Below are positions 10,131 through 18,893 of a stretch of 64,000 nucleotides of DNA, piece by piece; the stretch's first letter is position 1; each line of letters opens with the position of its first letter. The position numbers were made by a program, and so were the translations under genes. This DNA comes from an uncultured Gemmatimonadaceae bacterium (lineage in GTDB: Bacteria > Gemmatimonadota > Gemmatimonadetes > Gemmatimonadales > Gemmatimonadaceae), in the NCBI GenBank assembly GCA_963843845.1, contig CAWJMB010000002.1, positions 704,001 through 768,000 of the forward strand, given 5' to 3'. The notes under the pieces were generated by a model. The model was not told where the DNA came from, did no database searches, and saw only the letters and a list, made by a program, of their open reading frames with translations.

Positions 10131-10400
10131 GGCGTGTGCGTCATTCGGTGCACGAGGATCGCGAGCGGGATGTGGTGCGCTGCCGACGCCCAGAAGCGCG
10201 CCGCCGCGACGGCGAGCCCGGACTCGAGCCCCGACGTCACCCCGGCGCCCGTGCTCCGATCGCGGTCGTACGGCCCCGCGAGGTCGATGTGGGTCAGGCC
10301 GTCGGATAGCACCATGGCAACGGAGAGCGGCATCCGCGGAGCGCCGGATGCACGGTGAACGGATGACACGCGTGAAGATCGGGCGCCACGCGGCCCCGCT

Positions 10401-11549
10401 CTAGCACCGACCCCGCATTCTGGAACGGACCGCCTGGCCGCCCTCGAGCGTCAGCGAGGCCGATCGCCGCGCGACCTCGTCGGCGACGAACGCGGCGTCC
10501 GCGCCGACGCCGCCGAGCAGGGCGGAGGTCATGCGGTGCTGGAAGCGGAGCCCCACGAAGTAGAGCCCCGGCGCGTCGGCGACCACGCCGCGGTGGTGGC
10601 GCGGCCGGCCGGTGTCGTCGAACACCGGCAGGGCGATCCAGCCGTAGTCTGCCGTGTAGCCGGTGCACCAGACCACCACGCGCGGCGACAGCACCTCGCC
10701 CTCGCACACCGGGAGCCCGCCGCGCGCGTCCGTCACGCGTCCAACTCGGCCGACGCCCGCCGCGACGAGCGCCGCGAGCGACTGGCCGACGAGCGGGTCG
10801 CCGCCGCGCGCGCGGGCGTCGAGCCGTCGGCCGAGCGCCGTGTCGAGCGTGAGGCGCTGCGCGAGCGGCCACGTCCACGCGTAGAGGTCGCGGCCGAGGA
10901 CGCGTCGCGGAAAGCGTCGCGTCGTCCGACCGGCGAGCCACACCTTGCGGAACCGCGCGAGCTCGAGCGCGATCTGCGCGCCGGAGTTGCCGGCCCCCAC
11001 GACGAGGGTGGGGCCCTCCGGCAGAGCGAAGGGGCCGCGGTAGGCGCTGGAGTGGAGCTGGTGGATGGCGGGGGCGAGGCGCGCGGCGGCCGCGGGCACC
11101 ATCGGTCGCTGGAACGGGCCCGTCGTCACGACGACGTTATCCGCCTCGAACCGGCGATCGGCCGTGTGCAGCACGTAGCGGGTCCCGTCGGTCGTCAACG
11201 CCTCGACGCGCGTGCCCGAGTGCACCGGCAGGTCGAACCGCTCCGCGTACCGCACGAGGTAGTCGGCCACCTCGTCCTTGTCCGGCAGGTGTGTGGGCGC
11301 GGCGGGAAACGGCATCCCCGGCAGCCCGCTGTAGGCCGCAGGGGTGAGCAGCCGGAGCGAGTCCCACCGCCCACGCCAGCTGTCGCCGATCCGCGGCTCG
11401 GCGTCGAGGATCGCGAAATCGAGATCGCGTGCGGCGAGGTGGTAGCCGACGGCGAGGCCAGCCTGCCCGCCCCCGACCACGAGGGTGTCATAGCGCTCCA
11501 CCCGGCCGGTCGGTCCGTCGGCCGTCGCGAGATTGGATAGTGTGGTCAT
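10401..11549 (-). CDS. Flavin-containing monooxygenase (TrkA/CzcO-like)
   Basis: GGGQAG FAD motif, WRGRWDSLRL, LHSSAY, VGAGNSG NADPH motif, WCTGY. Confidence 0.9.
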   Translation of the reverse strand: MTTLSNLATADGPTGRVERYDTLVVGGGQAGLAVGYHLAARDLDFAILDAEPRIGDSWRGRWDSLRLLTPAAYSGLPGMPFPAAPTHLPDKDEVADYLVRYAERFDLPVHSGTRVEALTTDGTRYVLHTADRRFEADNVVVTTGPFQRPMVPAAAARLAPAIHQLHSSAYRGPFALPEGPTLVVGAGNSGAQIALELARFRKVWLAGRTTRRFPRRVLGRDLYAWTWPLAQRLTLDTALGRRLDARARGGDPLVGQSLAALVAAGVGRVGRVTDARGGLPVCEGEVLSPRVVVWCTGYTADYGWIALPVFDDTGRPRHHRGVVADAPGLYFVGLRFQHRMTSALLGGVGADAAFVADEVARRSASLTLEGGQAVRSRMRGRC

Positions 11550-12010
11550 GCGACGATCCCTCGGGCGAGTGCCGGCGCGGTCCTGGCAGGGCGGCCGGGG
11601 GCCATGACTGCGCGGGCCCGAACGAGGATGCCGACGGCGATCGCGCCCGCCACGAGCGGATCCCAGGTCAGGCACGCTGTGGCGAAGGCGATCGGCCCGG
11701 GCGCAGGGTCGGGGCCGACCAGATGCAATGCGACGTCCCACGCGGGGTGCAGCCCCCAGCCGGTGACGAGCCACCACGGGGAGCCGCGCAGCCCGCGGAG
11801 CGCCATCGCGGCGTAGAGCGCCACGCCGGCCAGTTCCACCGCGAGCCGCTGCGGGGGCGCGTGCGCGGTCGCGGCGAAGTACACGTAGCAGAGGGCGGTC
11901 ACGATCAGGCCGCGGGCGAGGATCCTCCGCGTGTGGCGGGGGAACGCGAACGCGACGCCCACGAAGCCGCCGCCGCCGAGGGCGCCGGCGATCAGCAGGG
12001 TAGTGTTCAT
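11546..12010 (-). CDS. DUF6010-like membrane protein
   Basis: Several TM helices; GWGLHPAWDVALH motif; 4-nt overlap with the monooxygenase start. Confidence 0.7.
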   Translation of the reverse strand: MNTTLLIAGALGGGGFVGVAFAFPRHTRRILARGLIVTALCYVYFAATAHAPPQRLAVELAGVALYAAMALRGLRGSPWWLVTGWGLHPAWDVALHLVGPDPAPGPIAFATACLTWDPLVAGAIAVGILVRARAVMAPGRPARTAPALARGIVA

Positions 12011-12073
12011 CGGGGTCACTGGAGCGGGGAGAAGGTGGGGCATGTCGGGCGACGGCGGGAGCCCGGGCGGACG

Positions 12074-12730
12074 TCAGGCGGCGCAGCCGGAGGTCGGGAC
12101 CTGGTAGTCGCAGCGGCAGCGGTCGGGCGCGCACGACATGCTGCCGCGTTCGGCGCGCACGCAGCGCCAGCACTGGGCGAGGGGGTCCACCGCCTCGGGT
12201 AGCCCGAGCACACGCGACGCGACCCGCCCGCCGCCGGGTACCAGCCCGCGGAGCGCCGGCCGCCCCGTGCCGTCGAACGAGAGCTCGGCCAGCGCGACGA
12301 AGCCCGCCTTCCGGATGCCGGCCCCGGAGGCGTGGTTCTCCGGCGCGTAGGCGATCCAGAACCGCTCCGCCTCGCGCGACTCCGCGCGCACGATGGCGTC
12401 GAGCAATCGCGGATAGATGCCGAGCCCCCGGTGCGCGGCGAGCGTGACGAAGTTCCACAGGTATCGTTCCCCCGCCGGGATCGCGAACGAGGAGCCGAGT
12501 TCCCCGATCGCCGCCGTGTGCGTGGCGACCCAGCCCCACGCGGCGGCGACGCCGTCGCGGCAGGCGAGGTACGCGCGATGGCCCTGCGCGATGCGGCGCG
12601 CGATCTCCTCGTCCTCACGCCCCTGCAGCCGCGCCATGACGGCGACGTCGGGCTCGCGGCGGACGACGAGTCCTGGCAGAACGTCCATCGGTGGGCATGG
12701 GTCACTGCGGTGGCGGGCGGCGAAGGGCAT
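12074..12730 (-). CDS. GNAT family N-acetyltransferase with Cys-rich C-terminus
   Basis: HRGLGIYPRLL acetyl-CoA motif, NHASGAGIRKAGF; tail CWRC..C..CRC. Confidence 0.85.
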   Translation of the reverse strand: MPFAARHRSDPCPPMDVLPGLVVRREPDVAVMARLQGREDEEIARRIAQGHRAYLACRDGVAAAWGWVATHTAAIGELGSSFAIPAGERYLWNFVTLAAHRGLGIYPRLLDAIVRAESREAERFWIAYAPENHASGAGIRKAGFVALAELSFDGTGRPALRGLVPGGGRVASRVLGLPEAVDPLAQCWRCVRAERGSMSCAPDRCRCDYQVPTSGCAA

Positions 12731-12786
12731 GGCGGTGTCCTCGGAACGCGGTGCGCGGGGCGTGGTCGTCTCGGTGCGGCGCGAGG

Positions 12787-12829
12787 ATGCTATGGCTGGT
12801 CGAGGGGTCCCGGCTTGAACGGAGCGGCT
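12787..12829 (-). promoter_or_regulatory. Putative AraC-activated promoter of the GNAT-DUF6010-monooxygenase operon
   Basis: TTGAACGGAGCGGCT at 12815-12829 with minus-strand TAGCAT at 12787-12792, the same 22-nt spacing as at 9077/9105. Confidence 0.6.
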
Positions 12830-12896
12830 GACGTACCGTGCCCGACGCCGTATGACCGCACCACCACGACGGGGCCCGACCTGCCACGCGCGTGGT

Positions 12897-13120
12897 GCTC
12901 GAACGGCGCCGGGTTCGGAGGAGGCTCGGCCGCTTCCTCGTACTCGGCCGGCGGACGCTCGCCGAGCGGCTCGAGCCGGCGCCGCCGGTTGAACCAGGCG
13001 ACCCACGCGAGCGTCGCGTTCACGTCATCGACGTCATCGACGTCATCGACGTCATCGACGTCATCGACGTCATCGACGTCATCGACGCCGCGCCGCCGCG
13101 CCACGGGCCGCGCCGGTTCG
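12897..13120 (-). mobile_element. IS3-family transposase C-terminal remnant with a degenerate right end
   Basis: Translation RRGPWR/GVDDV..ATLAWVAWFNRRRRLEPLGERPPAEYE resembles the IS3 integrase C-terminus; followed by an IRR-like CCTCCGAACCCGGCGCCGTTC. Confidence 0.75.
13022..13087. repeat. Tandem repeat (ACGTCATCG)x7 plus ACG
   Basis: Seven perfect 9-bp units counted directly. Confidence 0.97.
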
Positions 13121-13195
13121 GGCCGCCGCGCGGTCGCGTGTCGGGCGTGCGGACGGTGCCTCGGCGCAACGCGGCGCGGAGGCGATGCGGGCGCG

Positions 13196-13240
13196 TTGAC
13201 ACGCCGCGCAGCATCCTTTATTCTACCGTTCAGTTGATGA
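13196..13240 (+). promoter_or_regulatory. Sigma70 promoter plus candidate ArsR operator
   Basis: TTGACA(13196)-17 nt-TATTCT(13219); TTCAGTTGATGAG at 13229. Confidence 0.75.
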
Positions 13241-13260
13241 GTTCACTTCTCTCACGGCCC

Positions 13261-13905
13261 ATGATGCAAACGACGCTGTCCCCAGCGCTCACCCCCGCCG
13301 AGCTGGCGCGCCTGCTCCGTGAGCGGCCCGAGGCTCGGCTGCTCGACGTCCGGACGCCGGGCGAGTTCGAGGCCGAGCACATCGCGGGTGCTTACAACGT
13401 TCCGCTCGACACGCTCGACGAGCACGCCGCGGAGATCCGCGCCGGCGTCGCCGAGCCCGTCGTCCTCGTCTGCCGCTCGGGCCAGCGCGCCCGAAAGGCC
13501 GAGGCGGCGCTGCTGGCGGTCGGGATGACGAATCTGCGCGTGCTCGATGGCGGCCTGACTGCCTGGGCGGCGGCCGGCCAGCCCGTGCGCCGCGGCGAGC
13601 CCCGGATGTCGCTCGAGCGCCAGGTGCGCATCGCCGCCGGCGCGCTCGCCGCCACGGGCGGGTTTCTCGCGCTGTTCGTGAACCCGCTCTTCGCCGCGAT
13701 CCCCGCGTTCGTCGGCTCGGGGCTCGTGTTCGCCGGCGTGACCGACACCTGCGCGATGGGGCTGCTGATCGCCAGGCTTCCGTACAACCGGCCGGCGGGG
13801 GGCGACGTGCCGGCGACGGTGCGGGCGCTGGCCACCGGTGCCGCTCTCACGGGGACGCGCCCCGCGCGCGGGGTCTCTGCGGCCGACGTCTCCTGCGCCA
13901 CCTGA
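13261..13905 (+). CDS. Rhodanese + DUF2892 membrane sulfurtransferase (YgaP-like)
   Basis: LDVRTPGEF..HIAGA, active-site CRSGQR, SLERQVR..GVTDTC. Confidence 0.92.
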   Translation: MMQTTLSPALTPAELARLLRERPEARLLDVRTPGEFEAEHIAGAYNVPLDTLDEHAAEIRAGVAEPVVLVCRSGQRARKAEAALLAVGMTNLRVLDGGLTAWAAAGQPVRRGEPRMSLERQVRIAAGALAATGGFLALFVNPLFAAIPAFVGSGLVFAGVTDTCAMGLLIARLPYNRPAGGDVPATVRALATGAALTGTRPARGVSAADVSCAT

Positions 13906-13915
13906 GGATCGGCCG

Positions 13916-14113
13916 GTGCTTCCCCTCGGCCTCGCCCTCGCGGCGTCGATCGGGCTCGCGCTCGGACTGCTGGGCGGCGGCGGATCGATCCTCACCGTGC
14001 CGGTGCTGGGCTACGTGCTCGGCTACGCGGCCAAGCCGGCCATCGCCATGAGCCTGCCGGTCGTCGGCATCACGAGCCTCGTCGGCGCCGCAGCCACGAC
14101 TCACGCCGGCTGA
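13916..14113 (+). pseudogene. Truncated TauE/SafE (TSUP) sulfite exporter, ~65 aa
   Basis: GLLGGGGSILTVPVL..AIAMSL N-terminus, then a stop; no continuation in any frame before the next gene. Confidence 0.8.
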
Positions 14114-14192
14114 GGGCGAAGCCGCTCCCACGACGAGCACCCGCAGTCCCGCCTCCGGCCCGCACGTCCTCACTCTCCCGAGGTTCCGACCG

Positions 14193-15683
<1,491 letters not shown>

Positions 15684-15737
15684 TTGCTCGCGCGCGATGG
15701 GTGACCGCGTGGTGGCGACCTTGCACTACGCGGGACC

Positions 15738-17084
15738 ATGCGCCGTCTCATCCTGATCGGCGGCGGGCATGCGCACCTCGAGGTGCTCCGGCAGGCAGCG
15801 GCGCGTCGGTTCGCCGGCGGGGAGCTGGTGCTCGTCTCGCCGTACCCGCACCACCACTACTCGGGCATGGTGCCCGGCTATCTGCAGCGCACCTACGCCG
15901 AGGCCGACCTGGCCTTCGACTTACCAGCCCTGTGCCGCGCCGCCGGCGCGCGCTTCGTCGAGGCATCGGCCGATCGCGTCGATCCCGACGGTAGCTGGGT
16001 GGCGGTGGACGGCGTGCGCCTCGCGTGCGACCTCGTCTCGGCCGACGTCGGCGGCGCCCCGGCGGGTTACGATCACGTGCCCGGCGCGCGCGAGCACAGC
16101 TGGACGGTGCGGCCGATCACGCGGGCGATCGCGCTCCGCCACCGGTTGGACGACCACGACGACGGTAGCGGCCCCACCGCTCCCGGCGCGGCCACCGGTC
16201 CCGGCGCGACGGCGCGGTCACCGCTGGCCGCGTGCATCGTCGGAGGCGGCGCGGCCGGCGTCGAGGTCGCGCTGGCGGTGCGACGGCGGCTGAGCGAGTC
16301 GCGGCGGCCCGCCGAGGTCACGCTCGTGGACCGCGCGCCGGCGCTGCTCGGCGAGTTCTCTCCGGGCGTGCGCGACCGGGTCGCACGCCTGCTCGCCGAG
16401 CGCGGCGTGCGCGTCGAGTCGGGACACGCCGTCGCGCACGTGAGCGCCGACGCCATCCGCCTCGACTCGGGCGAGTCGATCCCGTCGACCTTCACCGTCT
16501 GGCTGACGGGGGCGGCGCCGACCGCCCTCACCGCCGCCACCGACCTCCCGGTGGACGACCGCGGCTTCTGGCTGGTGGATGGCGCTCTCCGCACGGTGCG
16601 TGGCGGCGCGGTGTGGGGAGCCGGCGACTGCGTGACGCTGCGCGATCACCGGTGGGTGCCGAAGGCCGGGGTGTACGCCGTGCGCCAGGGCCCGGTGCTC
16701 GCCGCCAATCTGCGCGTCGCGGTGGAGCGCGGGCCCGGCGCGCCGGCACACGCCTTCCGCCGCTACGTGCCGCAGCGGCACTACCTCGCGCTCCTCAACA
16801 CGGCGGACGGGCGCGCGCTGTTGCGCTGGCACGGGCTCACCGCACACACGCGCTGGGCGTGGTGGCTCAAGGACCGCATCGACCGGCGGTTCATGGCGAA
16901 GTACCGGATCGGCCACGTGCGCGCTTCGGCGTCGCTCGCCGCGGCGGAGGTGCGTGCCCGGTCGCCGTCCACGGCGGACGCGCGTCGCGAGCCGGGTCAC
17001 GACGTCGCGTCCGAGCCGCCACAGCCCCGAGCGGCACCTCTTCGCGAGCGTCGTGCAGACGGAGGACGACGCCGACGACCGTGA
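15738..17084 (+). CDS. FAD-dependent pyridine nucleotide-disulfide oxidoreductase, of the type fused N-terminally to SelD
   Basis: GGGHAH, YSGMVPG, GGGAAGVE, GDC..PKAGVYAVRQG, WWLKDRIDRRFM. Confidence 0.85.
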   Translation: MRRLILIGGGHAHLEVLRQAAARRFAGGELVLVSPYPHHHYSGMVPGYLQRTYAEADLAFDLPALCRAAGARFVEASADRVDPDGSWVAVDGVRLACDLVSADVGGAPAGYDHVPGAREHSWTVRPITRAIALRHRLDDHDDGSGPTAPGAATGPGATARSPLAACIVGGGAAGVEVALAVRRRLSESRRPAEVTLVDRAPALLGEFSPGVRDRVARLLAERGVRVESGHAVAHVSADAIRLDSGESIPSTFTVWLTGAAPTALTAATDLPVDDRGFWLVDGALRTVRGGAVWGAGDCVTLRDHRWVPKAGVYAVRQGPVLAANLRVAVERGPGAPAHAFRRYVPQRHYLALLNTADGRALLRWHGLTAHTRWAWWLKDRIDRRFMAKYRIGHVRASASLAAAEVRARSPSTADARREPGHDVASEPPQPRAAPLRERRADGGRRRRP

Positions 17085-17170
17085 TGACGTGCGTGGCGGC
17101 GTGGCGCCGCCCGCCCCACGCCATGTCGTGCGGTCTGGCCTCCCCGTGGTCGGCGACCCGCGCCGCGCGA

Positions 17171-17220
17171 TTGCCACGAACCTCGGGCCGGCCTATAATT
17201 ACGATATTCAGTTGAACAGA
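17171..17220 (+). promoter_or_regulatory. Sigma70 promoter plus candidate autoregulatory operator of ArsR
   Basis: TTGCCA(17171)-17 nt-TATAAT(17194); TTCAGTTGAACAG at 17207; AGGAG RBS. Confidence 0.8.
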
Positions 17221-17234
17221 GGAGAACTGTCGCC

Positions 17235-17564
17235 GTGGCCAAGTCGCTGTCGCCTGAGATGATCGAGCTCGTCGCCGAGCGGTTTCGCGCGCTCGCGGAG
17301 CCGGCGCGGCTGCACATCATGCAGGCGCTTCGCGGGGGCGAACAGACGGTCGGCGAGCTGGTGGAGGCCACCGGGCTGGGTACGGCGAACGTCTCCAAGC
17401 ACCTGCAGCTGCTGCACGCGGCGAGCTTCGTGACGCGCCGCAAGGCGGGGCTGTACGTGTACTACGGGCTCGCCGGCGAGGACGTCTTCCGCCTGTGCGA
17501 CCTCATGTGCGGCCGTCTGGCCGCGGAGGCCGAGGCACGCCGTCTGGTGCTCACCGGGCGCTGA
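17235..17564 (+). CDS. ArsR/SmtB family transcriptional regulator
   Basis: FRALAEPARLHI, NVSKHLQLL, VYY; C-terminal CDLMC. Confidence 0.93.
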   Translation: MAKSLSPEMIELVAERFRALAEPARLHIMQALRGGEQTVGELVEATGLGTANVSKHLQLLHAASFVTRRKAGLYVYYGLAGEDVFRLCDLMCGRLAAEAEARRLVLTGR

Positions 17565-17579
17565 GCCCCGACGAGCCAC

Positions 17580-17620
17580 GCTTCACGCGAGGCTTCACGC
17601 GAGGCTTCACGCGAGGCTTC
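17580..17620. repeat. Tandem repeat (GCTTCACGCGAG)x3.4
   Basis: Counted directly, just after the ArsR stop. Confidence 0.95.
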
Positions 17621-17910
17621 GACGAGGGTCCGCGTCGGCGACGACGCGCTCGCGCCGCCGAGGAACCCCGTGTCCTCACGGCCCGTCGCGCGAGAAGGCC
17701 CCCGTCGCACGACAAGGGGGTGGAACGACCCCTCCGGGCGACGGCTCCATGCCGCCTCCCCGGTCCAGGGCGTCACCTGCACCGACCAGCTGCAGTCGTT
17801 CGGGCCGGACGGACGGCTGGACGGCGCGGCGGCGCCACCGGGTCTGCGACTTGCCCAGGGCGGGGCACGACATCGGGCGCGGGCCGGTCGGACGAGGACG
17901 GGAGTGGCGG

Positions 17911-18843
17911 ATGGGTGACGGGGTCACGGTGGTGGCGGGGGCGAGCGGGGATCTCGGCGGACGCATCGTCCGGGCGCTGCATGCGCGCGGGGCGCCGGTG
18001 CGCGCGATCGTTCGCCGCGGCGGAGCTCCGGAACGGCTCGCGGATCTGCGGACGCTCGGCGTCGAGGTCGCGGAGGTCGAGTTCGGCGACGCGGCGGGGC
18101 TCGCACAGGCGTGCGCCCGCGGCTCGTGCGTCGTCTCGGCGCTGTCCGGGCTGCGCCCGGTGATCGTCGACGCGCAGACGGCGCTGCTCGACGCCGCGGT
18201 CGCGGCGGGTGTGCCGCGGTTCATCCCGTCGGACTACTGCATCGACTACACGAGGCTGCCGCGCGGCACGAACCGCAACCTCGATCTCCGGGCCGAGTTC
18301 CGTGAACGGCTCGACGCCGCGCCGGTCGCCGCCACGTCGGTGCTCAACGGGATGTTCACCGACCTGCTGACCGGTCCGGCTCCCGTGGTGCTCTTCCCGC
18401 TCCGGCGCGTCGTCTACTGGGAGGACGCCGACCAGCTGCTCGATTTCACGACCATCGACGACACGGCAGGGATCACCGCGGTGGCGGCGCTCGATCGTGA
18501 CGCGCCGCGCTTCCTCCGCGTCGCCGGAGAGGAGCTCAGTGCGCGCGGGCTGGCACACGCCGCGAGCGAGGCCATGGGGCAGCGCTTCCGGCTCCTGCGC
18601 GCCGGCGGGATCGGGCGGCTGGAGCTCCTGATCCGGATCGCGCGCACGGTCGCGCCGGGGCGGAGCGACACGTTCCCTCCGTGGCAGGGCATGCAGTATC
18701 TCCGCGACATGTTCTCCGGTCGCGCGAAGCTGGCGCCGCTCGACGACGCACGGTACCCCGAGCTGCGGTGGACGACCGTGCGCGAAGTGCTCACCGCGCA
18801 TCGGATGGCGCTCTCGAGTGGCGCGGAGCACGCCGCGGCCTGA
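17911..18843 (+). CDS. NmrA-like NAD(P)-binding protein (isoflavone-reductase-like)
   Basis: VAGASGDLG, AGVPRFIPSDY. Confidence 0.88.
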   Translation: MGDGVTVVAGASGDLGGRIVRALHARGAPVRAIVRRGGAPERLADLRTLGVEVAEVEFGDAAGLAQACARGSCVVSALSGLRPVIVDAQTALLDAAVAAGVPRFIPSDYCIDYTRLPRGTNRNLDLRAEFRERLDAAPVAATSVLNGMFTDLLTGPAPVVLFPLRRVVYWEDADQLLDFTTIDDTAGITAVAALDRDAPRFLRVAGEELSARGLAHAASEAMGQRFRLLRAGGIGRLELLIRIARTVAPGRSDTFPPWQGMQYLRDMFSGRAKLAPLDDARYPELRWTTVREVLTAHRMALSSGAEHAAA

Positions 18844-18893
18844 CTCATGTCAGCTCGCTCCCGACACGGAACGTCGGTCGTGACACGACCAGG

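Noticed and set aside
10127..10369. 80-aa ORF upstream of AraC
   Set aside because: No recognisable family or RBS; could be chance
13022..13087. Repeat array as a possible CRISPR
   Set aside because: Contiguous 9-bp units with no spacers and no cas genes
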